Source: Cetorhinus maximus (Eukaryota). Taken from it: DNA of 64,000 nt. The stretch covers positions 26,474,001-26,538,000 of the forward strand of contig NC_135901.1 in the NCBI RefSeq assembly GCF_964194155.1, written 5' to 3'. Position numbers and translations under genes: made by a program. Below the pieces are notes generated by a model. The model had not been told where the DNA came from, searched no databases, and was given only the letters and a program-made list of their open reading frames with translations. Positions 35,232 through 47,692 of the stretch are shown here, in pieces; position 1 is the stretch's first letter, and the number at the start of each line of letters is the position of its first letter.

Positions 35232-37030
35232 CATAACATAAAAACTAGGAGCAGGAGTAGGCAAATCAGCCCCTCGAGCCTGCCCCGCCATTCATTACGA
35301 TCATGGCTGATCGCATTTCAGCCACAACTCCAATTTCCCGACCTCTCCCCATAACCTTTCAACCCATTACTAATTAAAAATCTGTCTATCTCTTCCTTAA
35401 ATTTATTCAGCGTCTCAGCATCCATTGCACTCTGAGGTAGTGAATTCCACAGATTCACGAGCCTTTGAGAAAAGTAATTGCTCCTCTTCTCTGATTTAAA
35501 TTTCCTACCCCTTAGCCTAAAACAATGGCCTCTCATGCTAGAATGTCCCAGAACGGGAAACATCCGCTCCACGTCTACTTTGTCTATCCCCTTTAGCATC
35601 TTATATACCTCAATTAGATCTCCTTTCATCCTTCTAAACTCTAGCGAGTATAGGCCTAAACTGCTCAACCTCTCCTCATAAGACAAGCCCCGCATCTCTG
35701 GAATCAATCTAGTGAACCTCCTCTGAACCGCCTCCAGTGCAACTACATCCTTCCTAAAGAAAGGGGACCAAAACTGTGCACAGTACTCCAGGTGCGGTCT
35801 CACCAATGCCTTGTACAGTTGCAACAACACTTCCCTATTTTTATACTCTATTCCCTTAGCAATAAATGCCAAAATTCCATTTGCCTTCCTTATTACCTGC
35901 TGTACCTGCATACTAGCTTTCAGCGATTCATGCACGAGGACACCAAGATCCCTCTGCACTGAAGCATTCTGAAGTTTCTCTCCATTTAAAAAATAAGCCA
36001 CCTTTTTATTCTTCCGACCAAAATGGATAACTTCACACTTATCCACGTTAAACTCCATCTGCCAAATTTTGGCTCATTCACCTAACCTGTCCATATCCAT
36101 TTGTAAATTTCTTATTTCTTCATTGCAATTTACTTTCCCACCGATTTTGGTGTCATCTGCAAATTTAGCTATAGTACCTTCTATCCCTGAATCCAAGTCA
36201 TTAATATAGATTGTAAATAGTTGGGGCCCAAGGACCGAACCCTGTGGGACCCAACTAGTTACAGCTTGGTATCCAGAAAAAGACCCATTTATCCCCACTC
36301 TCTGCTTTCTGTTGGTTAGCCAATCCTTTATCCAAGCTAATATATTACCACAAACTCCATGTGATCTTATCTTGTGTTTTAATCTTTTATGCGGCACCTT
36401 ATCAAAGGCCTTCTGGAAGTCCAGTTATACTACATCTACAGGATCCCCATTATCCACTTTGCTTGTCACATCTTCAAAGAAATCTAGCAAATTAGTCAAA
36501 CATGATTAACTCTTCATAAAACCATGATGACTCTGCTGGATTGCTTTTTGACTTTCCAATTGCCCCATTACTACTTCCTTAATAATGGATTCCAACAATT
36601 TCCCAACCACAGACATTAAATTAACTGGTCTATAGTTTCCTACTTTCTGCCTCCCCCCCTTTTTGAATAAGGGTGTTATATTAGCATTTTTCCAATCCAC
36701 TGGAACCTTTCCAGAATCCAGGGAATTTTGGAATATTATAACCAATGCATCCATTATCTCCGTTGCCACTTCCTTTAAGACCCTGGGATGTAGGCCATCA
36801 GGTCCTGGGGACTTGTCAGCCTTTAATCCCAATAGTTTGCTCAGTACTTTTTCTTTAGTGATGGTGATTGTTCCAAGTTCCTCCTCCATATCCTCTGCAC
36901 TACCTATTACTATTGGGGTGGTACTAGTGTCCTCCACTGTGAAAACTGAGGCAAAATATTGATTACGCATCTCTGCCATTTCTGCGTTCCCCACTATTAA
37001 CTCCCCAGTCTCGTCTTCCAAGGGACCAAA
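35232..37030 (-). mobile_element. CR1 LINE 3' portion (RT), relatively young
   Basis: Long ORF pieces 36506-37030, 36074-36397 and 35318-36058 with RT motifs. Tail at 35232-35320. Confidence 0.92.
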
Positions 37031-37914
37031 GGCAGCTCTGACAGACAGCGTCACGATCTCCACCATGGGTAGGGCAAGGAGGCACGTCCCGAATCCATCC
37101 CAGCCGGAATGGGGCTTGAATCCTGTGCAGTTGGCACCAATCGGATCCACACCGGTCATCCAGCCAACCAGCCACCCATGGAATCCATGTTGCTGTGGCA
37201 ACAGACACTTCTACATGCGTGTTGTAACCTGGAGCTATGGATTGTGATGGGAGAGGCTCCAATTTCTTTCCATCTCATGTGGCTGACCAGAAATCTCTCC
37301 CATTGTTATTGTCTACCATTGGTGTATGTTGGCAGGATTTACAGGTTGACACTCAATTTTGTTTGGCTGAATAATAAATGCACCACCCTTGGATATCAAG
37401 TCCTGGGGTGGGAATTGAACCTGGAGCTTCAGGCTCAGAGGCAGGGACACTTCCACTGCACCACAACCTCTCGAAAACACCATAGAGACTAATAAATCCA
37501 ACAGGGAAATAGGAGATCTTTCTTTCCTCAGGCAGCAGTTAAAATGTGGAACTCACTACAACTGGAAGTGGTTGACACAAATAACTTAAGATGCTTTCAA
37601 AAGGAAACTAGATGAGAGCATGAGAGAAAAGAGATTCAAAAGATAAGCTGAAAGGCTGAGATGAGGTTGGCAGAACAGTAGGAGACTTGTGTGGATTGGA
37701 AACTCTCGCAGCAACTGATGGGCCAAATGGCCTGTTTGTTTACTGTATACTATATGTAATTCTTTGTAAACTTATCTTGCAGGGTGTTGGAAGAGGAGGA
37801 TTTGCAGTCAGGAGAAACAAGTCAAACCTCATGTCAAAATCTGAAAGTCACTCAATTCATCAGGATTTGAAGATTTGTACATCTGAAGGGATTTAATTGA
37901 CCGTCTCAGCTGGA

Positions 37915-39316
37915 AACTGGTGAGAGGCCTTTCACCTGCTCCTCCTGTGGGAAGGGATTGATACAGCTGGTAAACATGCTAACATGACAGTGCACTCACA
38001 ATAGCGAGAGACCCTCCACCTGCTCCGTGTGTGGGAAGAAATTCATGTGTTCATCCAACCTGCTGGCACACCAGCTCAATCACATTGATGAGGATCCTCT
38101 TCAATGCTCTGACTCTGGGAAAAGTTTTGAAATCTCTGAGGAACTGGTCCAACAGCAGCGAGTTCACACTGACGAGAGACCGTTCAGCTGCTCCCACTGC
38201 GGGAAGAGGTTCAGGCTGTCCTCCCGCCTCGCGGAGCACCAGCTCCTTCACACACACGAGAGGCCGTTCAGCTGCTCTCACTCTGGGGAGTCGTTCAGCA
38301 AGTCAGTGCATCTCACTGAGCACCAGCCAGTTCACACCAAGGACAGGCCGTTCAGCTGCTCCCAGTGTGGGAAGAGATTCACTCAGTCCTCCCATTACAC
38401 TGAGCACCAATTGGTTCACTCAGAAAAGAGACCTTTTAAATGTACTGAATGTGAGAAGACCTTTAAAAGAAGCATTAATCTGCTGAGACACCAGTGCATT
38501 CACACTGGGGAGAGGCCGTTCCCCTGCTCGGTGTGTGGGAAGAGATTCACTCATTCATTCCACCTTATGATACATAAGCGAGTTCACACTGGAGAGAGAC
38601 CATTCACCTGCTCCATGTGTGGGAAGGGATACAGTCGATCATCTGATCTTATGATACACTAGCGATTTCACATTGGGGAGAGACCGTTCAGCTGCTCCGA
38701 GTGTGGGAAGGGATTCACTCGTTCAACCCACCTTTCAATGCACAAGCGAATTCACACTGGGGACAGACCATTCCCTTGCTCTGTGTGTGGGAAGAGATTC
38801 ACTCAGTCATCCACCCTGCTCACACACAAGAGAGTTCACACCGGGGAGAGACCGTTCACCTGCTTCGTGTGTGGGAAGAGCTTCCCTCGTTTAGCCCACG
38901 TTTTGATACACGAGCGTGTTCACACCGGGGAGAGGCCGTACATTTGCTCCGTGTGCGGGAGGGGATTTACTTGTTTACACCATCTGCTGAGACACCAGCC
39001 TGTTCACACCGGGGAGAGGGCGTTCATGTGCTCTGTGTGTGAGAAATGTTTCACTGACTCGTCCAGCCTCCAGAGACATCAACGCATCCACACTGGGGAG
39101 AGGCCATTCACCTGCTCCGTGTGTGGGAAGAAATTTGCTCAGTCATTTGATCTGGTGAGACACGAGCGAGTTCACACCAGGAAGAGGCTGATCACCTGCT
39201 CCGTGTGTGAGAAGAGATTTACTTGCGCATCCAGCCTGCTGAAAAACCAGCAACTTCACACGTTACCAACAAAGTTGGATTGTGTTGTTGCTGCTGAGGA
39301 TCATGTCCAGGACTGA
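37915..39316 (+). pseudogene. C2H2 ZNF array of ~15 fingers interrupted by in-frame stops
   Basis: ORFs 38027-38662 and 38738-39316 share a frame, split by TAG at 38660 (H*RFH). An upstream TGA lies at ~37985. Confidence 0.75.
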
Positions 39317-41091
39317 ACCTTTTCTCCTTTCTAACTTTAGATTATTTCAGTTCTCAGACCTTCAGTTACCTTCATTGACATGTCCCAGCTCCCCGTACCT
39401 TCCAGAGTGTCTATCATAGCCTTGGGATGCAGGGAAGGTACCGGTAATGCACCCGGGATCACGAAACACAAAACCCAATCTATTAATCACTTTCAGGTAC
39501 TGGAATTAGTGTGTGTCCCACAGCATCTCTCTCACCTTCAAACATCACACCTGTAAACGAGGTTTAAATTTAAATCATAACAAACTTAACAGGAACCTGG
39601 AGGCTGATGAGACTCTGTTAAACTGTCAATGTGCTCCTGTGCTGCTCTGTATTTAACTGGAGCCTGCAGGCTGATGACTGTTAAACTGTCAGTGTGTTCC
39701 TGTACTGCTCTGTATTTTGCCTGTAATGGAAAATGCCTGAATCCTTTGTCCCAGTGGAACCTTTGCTGTTATGAAATGTGGGTGAATATTAATGAGCCCA
39801 CATCCTCGCTCATGTCTGCTGCAATTGTGTAGAAAGGGGATGTGTAAACAGCTGGTCTTTGTCTGGAGATGTGAACCAAGGAAACGGTATCTGTGTGTGA
39901 TAGTGACACCGCCTTGTGCTCACACTCAGAACGATGCACAGATACCCTGGTGGTTATGGTTTGAGCAGAGTCAGATCACGGGTGTAGTGAACAAGTTAAA
40001 TATAAATATCTCCAAATTAGCTGCAGCTTGTTAGATCAGAGCTGGGGAGAAGGGAGCTCTGAATCCATTGTATTATCTCTGTTCTCTGGATCGGGTAACT
40101 ACAATTTTTCAATATAACGGTGTTTTATTCAACAAATACATTCACAGCTCAAAGGCTGAATTGTAACTTACAACAAGAAAATTCATAAAATTTAATACAG
40201 AGACTAAATAATCAAGTTAAAAACATGGGAATATGTGACAATCTGTAATAACAAAATTCGGCAAACAAATGCAGCAGGTAACAGGGAAGCGGTGGACGAG
40301 ATATTAGAGGAAGGAATATTGAATTAAAATTATATTAAAATTACAGACCAATCCACCATTCCTATATTACAGGCTCTGAAGTATATAAAATGATGACATT
40401 TATAAGTACTTCATTGAGGACCGGAACCATGTAAGGAATTACTCTGTATGATTGCAGTGCTGTTAATAAAGTCAGGAAAAGACAATCTGTTGATGTGAGC
40501 TTGATTATCTGGTGTCTGAAACCACAAGATTCAACATTTAGAGTCAACAAGATGAACAAGGAAACACATCACAGCTCAATATTCCAGCTCGATATTCACA
40601 GGAGAAAGTCTGTTATCGAACACCTCGAGTGGACAGAACAGAGGAAGATCCCAACTGTAAGAAACCCTCCAATCATTTGTAAATATCTTTCAAATGTTGA
40701 CAGGTTCCAACTGTCAATTTCCGTTACATTGAAGTTAATGGAAGATGAGAGAGGTTAAAGGTTCCACGTAGAAATGCAACCTCTTGTTGTTATTGCCTTA
40801 CATTGGTAGACTCAGGAATGTCACACAAACATTTTAAGTCCTCGTACCATAATTACCACAATCATTTCCAGACTGGAAACATAAACCTGCCGGTTCACTT
40901 TCAGTCAGGAACGGATCTCTGATTTTTACACCAATCTCTGATTTGACAGCACGTTTCCAGCATTCACTATTGTCCTTCCTGACTCTAAACAGTTGTAAAG
41001 GAGCTTTCTGTTCGATGTCTAGGAGCTCTGAACCATGGAAGAGAGCAGCTGGGACACATTTCTTACACACCTCAAGATTAGCCCACAAGTT

Positions 41092-42080
41092 CAGTCCTGG
41101 ATGTGTTTAACAGCAATAAAACAATCCAACTCCTGCAGTCACTTGTGAACTCGCTGGTGTCTCTGCAGGGGGCTGACTGTATAAATCATCCCTTCAGATA
41201 CATGGAGTAGGTGTACAGTCACTCCCCAGTGTGTGTGTTGGTGTCTCTGCAGGTGTTGTGACCAAGTGAAATTCCTTCCCAATTCGGAGCAGATGAGTGT
41301 AGCTGCAGTGTAGCTGTTTATGTCTCATGAGATCAGTGCTATATTTAAATCTCTCTTGACAGTCAGACATTTACAAGTTCCATATCAAAGTGAATAAGCT
41401 GGTGTCTCAAGAGGTTGGACGAATTAGTGAATCCCTTGCCACTCCCAGAGCAGGTGAATGGCCTCTCCCGGCGCGAGTGCGCTGGTGTCTCAGTAGATTC
41501 TTTTTATTTTTAAATCGCTGCTCACATTCAAAACATTTGAAAGGTCTGTAATCAGTGTGTAAAAGGTGGGCTGACTGAATAAATCCCTTCCCACACTCGG
41601 AGAAGGTGAACACCTCTCTCCGACATGACTGTGTTGATCAATATCAAATTCAGATGGGTAATTGAATCCCTTCCCACAAATCCCATATTTCCACAGTTTC
41701 TCCGGGATGTGGGTGTCCTCGTGTCTCTTTAAGTTGGATAATAAGTTAAAGTATCATCTACACCAGAACACGTGTACGGTTTCTCCTCATATGAATGATG
41801 TGATTTTTTGTCAGGCTGTGTAACTGGTTAAAGCTCTTTCCACAGTCAGTTCACTGGGACACTCTCACTCGGGTGTGTATGCGTCTCAGTGCTTTTCAGG
41901 CGACAATGGTGCTTGAAATATGTTTGCAAAGAGAGAACAGACAAACGTCTCTCCTTCCATATTTAAAAGCCGATGATATTCAGGTCCTGATGAACCAAGT
42001 GATTCTGTAAGATCTCCATGTGATGTTTGATTTGAGTTCCCTGTCTTCCAATCCTCTCCTTCTAATATCCTGTGAAGGGA
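41092..42080 (-). pseudogene. Frameshifted ZNF pseudogene
   Basis: [40 protein letters not shown] fragments, with leader and tail homologous to intact paralogs. Confidence 0.8.
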
Positions 42081-42112
42081 GTTTACAAAAGTCTCAGATA
42101 ATCTCCTGCATC

Positions 42113-42348
42113 ATTGGAGACCAGGGACTCCCCCTTCATGTGTGGAACTGCACTAATGAGGCTCGGGAATGCCACAGCCTGAGTCACACGACCACCAGAC
42201 ATGACATTGAGCAAAGCATCGCAATGTTGAAGATTTGTTTCAGGTGTCTGGGTAGGTATGGAGGTGACCTTCAGTACTCGACAGCCAGGGGCTCCAGAAT
42301 AATAGTGATGTGCTGCATCCTGTACAACATTACACAGCAGAGAGGAGG
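42113..42348 (+). mobile_element. PIF/Harbinger transposase (HARBI1-like) fragment
   Basis: GDQGLPL..TRHDIEQSIAMLKICFRCL..GGDLQYS..IIVMCCILYN. Confidence 0.8.
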
Positions 42349-42659
42349 AGGAAGGGACAGACTCTTTCTATCCCCCAGTTTCATCACTCCCCATCTGACT
42401 GTGCTGTTCTCAGCTGCCGAGACCCCAAGCATTGGAGTTCCCTCCCTCAACCTCTCTCCTCCTTAAAATTTCCCTTTCAATCAAGCTTTTGATCATCTGT
42501 GAAGCACCTTTGGACGTTTTACTGTGTTAAAGGAACTACATAAATGCAACTTGTTGTTGTTATTGCCTTACAATGGTGGCCTCCGGAATGTCACACGAAT
42601 ATTTTAAATCTCCGTACCACAATTACCAGTCATTTTCAGACTGGAAACTTAAACCTGCC

Positions 42660-42977
42660 AGAAAAACAAAAAATGCTGGAAAAACTCAGCAGGTCTGGCA
42701 GGATCTGTGAAGAGAGAAACAGAGTTAACGTTTCGAGTCTGTATGACTCTTCTTCAGAGCTAAAGAGAAGTAGAAATGTGATGGGTTTTATAATGTTTAT
42801 GAGGGGATGAAGCAACATAGAAGATCAGGGATAGGCGGGACTAAGGAGAGACTGACAAAGATGTCATGGGATCAAGACAAATGTATGAGTGGTAATGGCA
42901 AGGGCTAAAGAATGTGCTGATAGTGGCATTTTCTGTGTTTATTTCAGATTTCCAGCATCCACAGGTATTTTGCTTTC
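42660..42977 (-). mobile_element. Penelope-like element end with inverted terminal piece
   Basis: Same family as 730-964. Flanked by diverged direct repeats AACTTAAACCTGCC / AACTTAATCCAGCT. Confidence 0.7.
42723..42761 (-). ncRNA. Minimal type I hammerhead ribozyme motif, core intact
   Basis: AGCU-CUGAAGA-A-GAGUC-AUACA-GACUC-GAAA-CGUU-AACU: perfect 5-bp stem II, palindromic ACGU stem III, GUU cleavage triplet, one stem I mismatch. Confidence 0.65.
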
Positions 42978-43023
42978 AACTTAATCCAGCTGTTTCACTT
43001 TCATTCAGGAACAGATCACAGTT

Positions 43024-44334
43024 TTACACCAATCTTTGATCTGACAGCACATTTCCAGCATTCACCATTGTTCTTCCTGACTCTAAACCCAGTAGTAAAG
43101 GAGCCTTCTGTTCCATGTCTAGGTGTTCTGAACCATGGGAGAGAGTGGCTGGGACACATTTCTTACACACCTCAGGATTAACCTGCAAGTTCACTTGGTT
43201 GTGATTAACAGCAGCAACAACAGAATCCAACTCCTGCAGTCGCTTGTGAACTCGCTGGTGTATCAGCAGGTTGGATGACTGCGTGAATCCCTTCCCACAC
43301 ACAAGGCAGATGAATGGCCTCTCTCCAGTGTGAACTCGCTGGTGTCTCAGCAGGTGTGATGACTGAGTGAATCCCTTCTCACATACGGAGCAAGTGAATG
43401 GCCTCACCCCTGTATGAACCTGCTGGTGCTTCAGAAGGTGGGATGACTGAGTGAATCTCTTCCCACATACGGAGCAGGTGAATGGCCTCTCCCCAGTGTG
43501 AACTCGCTGATGTACCAATAGGTCAGATGACTGAGTGAATCCCTTCGCGCACACTGGGCAGGTGAACGGCCTCTCCCCAGTGTGAACTCGCTGATGCATC
43601 AAAAGTTGGTATGACTGAGTGAATCCCTTCCCACACTCAGAGCAGGTGAAGGGCCTCTCCCCAGTGTGAACTTGCTTGTGTGTTAGAAGGTGAGACGACT
43701 GAGTGAATCCCTTCCCACATTCGGTGCAGATAAATGGCCTCTCCCCAGTGTGAACTCGCTGGTGTGTCAGTAAGTGGTATGACTGAGTGAATCCCTTCCC
43801 ACAGTCAGAGCAGGTGAACGGCCTCTCCCCTGTGTGAACTCGCTGGTGTGTGAGAAGGTCAGATGACTGAATGAATCCCTTCCCACACTCTGAGCAGGTG
43901 AACATTTTCTCCCCAGTGTGGAGTCGCTGGTGTATTCGCAGATACTTCTTGCTTTTAAAGCTCTTCTCACAGTCAGAACATTTAAAAGGTCTCTGATCAT
44001 CATGTACAAGTTGATGTTCAGTAAGATGGGATGACTGAGTGAATCCCTTCCCACACACAGAACAGGTGAATGGCCTCTCCTCAGTATGAACTTGCTCCTG
44101 CACCAGCTGGTCAGGTAAGTTAGCGAATTCCTTTCCAAACACAGAGCACCTGATTGGCCTCTCCCCAGTGTAAACTTGCTGGTCTGTCAACGCACTGGAT
44201 AACTGAGTAAATCCATATCCACGCATAGAGCACGTGAATGATCTCTCCCTAGTCTGACGACGTTGATCAGTTTCCAGCTCAAATGGGGAAATGAATCCCA
44301 TCCCACAGTCCCCACAATTACACGGACTCTCCAT
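43024..44334 (-). CDS. C2H2 zinc-finger protein, 10 intact plus 3 degenerate fingers, extended C-terminus
   Basis: 436-aa ORF, inverted paralog of 1579-2757. It reads through the usual stop (CGA) into the tail and 3' module. Confidence 0.88.
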   Translation of the reverse strand: MESPCNCGDCGMGFISPFELETDQRRQTRERSFTCSMRGYGFTQLSSALTDQQVYTGERPIRCSVFGKEFANLPDQLVQEQVHTEERPFTCSVCGKGFTQSSHLTEHQLVHDDQRPFKCSDCEKSFKSKKYLRIHQRLHTGEKMFTCSECGKGFIQSSDLLTHQRVHTGERPFTCSDCGKGFTQSYHLLTHQRVHTGERPFICTECGKGFTQSSHLLTHKQVHTGERPFTCSECGKGFTQSYQLLMHQRVHTGERPFTCPVCAKGFTQSSDLLVHQRVHTGERPFTCSVCGKRFTQSSHLLKHQQVHTGVRPFTCSVCEKGFTQSSHLLRHQRVHTGERPFICLVCGKGFTQSSNLLIHQRVHKRLQELDSVVAAVNHNQVNLQVNPEVCKKCVPATLSHGSEHLDMEQKAPLLLGLESGRTMVNAGNVLSDQRLV

Positions 44335-45099
44335 GGTGCCGGTGTCCTTGTCTCTCTCCAGGTTGGATGATCAGTTGAAGCCTCAACCACACACAGTACA
44401 CATGTACTGTTTCTCCCCGCTGTGAATGGTGTGATGCTTTTGTCAGTCTATGCAACTGGTTAAGGCTCTTTCAGTCAGTTCACTGGAACATTCTCACTTG
44501 GGTGTGGTGAATGTCTCGGTGCTCTTCCAGTCACACTGATGTTTGAAATCTTTTCCCACAGACAAACATTTCTCCTTCCACATTCAAAGGCCGATGATAT
44601 TTAGGTCCTGATGAATCGAGTGACTCTGTCAGATCGCGACATGGTGTTTGTTGTGGCTTTCTCGCCTGGAGCTCCTCCCCTTCTAACCCCCTGCAAAAGG
44701 AGTTTAAAGAAATTATTATTGTAAAGGCAGGAAGGAAATTCAGAACAGACAATTCTAGTTTCTATGGAACATTTTTCCTCTTTCATTCCCCCAAATCCAT
44801 AAATCTCTGTCCCACACACTCCTCTCCCTCTCTGCTCAATGTTCCAGATTCAGTGTCCAGTCTCCTAATTATTGTTTTCTCCTCTCCAGATTCTCTCTCC
44901 TCCTGTCCTTAAACTGATGACTCAGGCTGTGGATCAATTCCACTCCTTCACTCTAATTCCACCAAATACTTTGGGTCAAGACAGCAAATTATCTTTCATG
45001 TCTCTATCAGTAATTTTAAGTAAACAGGAATATCCACCATTGGGCCTTTGGTTCAGGTTGAGGCCGGAGAGGAGCCGGAAGGTGCAGCTTGTTATTCCA

Positions 45100-45670
45100 G
45101 ACCAATAGGAAGAGAGGGGGCGGGACTGGAGGACCGAACGAGAGCGGCTGGTCCTCCGACCAATCGGAGTGAATGAAAGGGCGGGGCGTGAGGACAGAGC
45201 GGGAGCGGCTGGTCTTCTAACCAATCGGAGTGAATGAGGGGCGGGAGGGCAGTGCGAGACCTGCTGACCCCCTAACCAATCGGAGTGAATGGGGGGGCGG
45301 GGCCGGAGGACAGAGCGAGAGCGACTGGTCCTCTAACAAATCGGAGTGAATGAGGGGCGGGGCACTATTATTGCTGCAGGAGCTCATGCGCAGGCGTGGT
45401 AGGGAAGCTGTGGTATGAGCATGCGTACTGTCAGTGCCAGAATCGGACGGCGGCGAGGTGGAATCTGCGAACGGTGAGAAATGGCCTGGGGTAGGAGAAG
45501 GATAGAGCCGGTAGATTCATAACTAATTTACGTGTGCTTTAAAAGTCGAAAAGAAAGCTGCCGGTTCCGCGTTTTCACCAAGTGCAGCTGCGCGGTTTCT
45601 GATGGCAGGCCCGGGGTAACGGCCGCCATCTTGATAGCAGGAAGATGCAGCAGGGCGCATGCGCTGTCGT
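45100..45670. promoter_or_regulatory. Bidirectional CpG-rich promoter between head-to-head ZNF genes
   Basis: Four tandem (C/A)CAATCGGAGTGAATG..GGGCGGG units, YY1 CCGCCATCTT at ~45624 and NRF1 GCGCATGCGC at ~45656. Confidence 0.75.
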
Positions 45671-46215
45671 CCTGTCCCTGTCAGCAGGAGGAGAGAATGT
45701 CGTGCATTTCTATCCTGGACTGACAGGGATGGAATTTGGAAACTCCTTTTACAGGGGTTTAGAAGGGGAAGGTTTACACATAGCAAACTCAAACCAAGAG
45801 AAATGTTTGTCTCTTCTCAATTCCTATCCTGCACTTAGAGCTTTAACTTTTGCAAACTCCTTTCACAGGATAGTAGAAGAGGGTTTGCAACAGGAATTTA
45901 AAAACAAATATCACATCAAGAAGTGACAGAGTCGTTGTGGACCTGAATATCATCAATCTTTGAATGTGGAAGGTGAAATGCTCATCTCTTCTGTCTCTGG
46001 AAAAGTATTTCAAACATCATTATAACTGAAAAAGCACCGAGACGTACGTGCAAACGCCCAAGTGAGAATGTTCTAGTGCACCTGTGCAAAGAACTTTAAA
46101 CAGTTACACAGTCTGCCAAAAACATATCACCATTCACAGCAGGAAGAAACTGTAAATGTGTGGACAAAGCTTCAACTGATAATCCATTCTTGAGAGACAC
46201 ATTGACACTGGCACC

Positions 46216-47109
46216 ATGGAGAAACCATGGAAATGTGGAGACTGTGGGAAGGTATTTAATTACCCATCCAAGCTGGAGATTCATCATCGCATTCACACTG
46301 GTGAAAGGCCGTTCACTTGCTTCGTGTGTGGGAAGAGATTTACTCAGTCCTCGCACTTTCTGGCGCACCAGCAAGTTCACACTGATCAGCGACCTTTTCA
46401 ATGTTCTGACTGTGAGAAAAGATTTAAAAGCAGAAATGATCTGCTGTCACACCAGCGCACTCACACTGGGGAGAGGCCATTCACCTGCTCTGAGTGTGGG
46501 AAGGGATTCACTCAGTTATCCCATCTTCTGACACACCAACTTGTTCACACCGATAAAAGACCTTTTAAATGTTCTGACTGTGAGAAGACTTTTAAAAGCA
46601 AAAGTGATCTGCTGACACACCAACGCATTCATTCTGGGGAGAGACCGTTCACCTGCTCTGAGTGTGGGAAAGGCTTCATTAATTCATCTGATCTTCTGAC
46701 ACACCAGCGTGTTCACACTGGGGAAAAGCCATTTGTATGTTCAGTTTGTGCGAAGAGATTCACTCAGTCATCCACCCTGCTGATACATCAGAGAGTTCAT
46801 ACAGGGGAGAGGCCGTACACCTGCCCAGTCTGTGGGAATGGATTCACTCAGTCATCCCACCTTCTGAAACACCAGCGAGTTCACACTGGGGAGAGGCCTT
46901 TCAAATGCTGCGTGTGTGGACAGGGATTCACTCAGTCATCCCATCTTCTGAGGCACCAGCGAGTTCACACTGGGGAGAGACCATTCATCTGCTCTGTGTG
47001 TGGGGAGGAATTCACTCAGTCATCCACCCTGCTGAGACACCAACGAGTTCACAACCGACTGAAGGGGTCAGATTCTGCTGTTATTGCTGCTAATCACATC
47101 CAGGACTGA
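46216..47109 (+). CDS. C2H2 zinc-finger protein, 10 fingers plus tail peptide
   Basis: 297-aa [15 protein letters not shown]...[12 protein letters not shown]. Confidence 0.9.
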   Translation: MEKPWKCGDCGKVFNYPSKLEIHHRIHTGERPFTCFVCGKRFTQSSHFLAHQQVHTDQRPFQCSDCEKRFKSRNDLLSHQRTHTGERPFTCSECGKGFTQLSHLLTHQLVHTDKRPFKCSDCEKTFKSKSDLLTHQRIHSGERPFTCSECGKGFINSSDLLTHQRVHTGEKPFVCSVCAKRFTQSSTLLIHQRVHTGERPYTCPVCGNGFTQSSHLLKHQRVHTGERPFKCCVCGQGFTQSSHLLRHQRVHTGERPFICSVCGEEFTQSSTLLRHQRVHNRLKGSDSAVIAANHIQD

Positions 47110-47184
47110 ACCATGTACATTCTGGCATTTGGGGTTTATTTCTTATGTTTATGCCCCTATAACTGGCCATTTTAAAAATATTTG

Positions 47185-47692
47185 CTCATGGGATGCAGGC
47201 ATTACTGGCTGGGCCAGCGTTTCTTGTCCACCCCTAATTGCCCTTAAGAAGGACGGTGATCAGCTGCCATCTTGAACTGCTGCAGTCCAGGTGGCATAGT
47301 TACACCCACAGTGCTGTTAGAAAGGGAGTTCCAGGAGTTTCACCCAGCGAAAGTGAAAGAACAGCGATATATTACCAATTCAGGATGGTGAGTGACTTGG
47401 AGAGGAATTTCCAGGTGGTGGTGGTGTTCCCATCTATCTGCTGTCCTTGTCCTTCTAGATGGTAGTGGTCAAAGGCTGTCTAAGGAGGCTCCATGAGTTC
47501 CTGCAGTGCATCTTGTAGACGGTACACACTGCTGCCACTGTGCATCAGTGGTGGAGGGAGTGAACGTCTGTGGAAGGGGTGCCAATCAAGCCAGCTGCTT
47601 TGTCCCGGACGGGGTCCAGCTTCCTGAGTGTTGTGGGAGCTGCACTCATCCAGGCAAGTGGGGAGAGTATCCCATCACACTCCTGACTTGTG
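47185..47692 (-). mobile_element. LINE 3' end (CR1-group family distinct from HER1)
   Basis: Reverse complement of the family at 48871-49218. Confidence 0.75.

Noticed and set aside
39600-39720. Hammerhead in the ~63-bp tandem repeat (CTGATGAG)
   Set aside because: No stem II closure or downstream GAAA-..UH.
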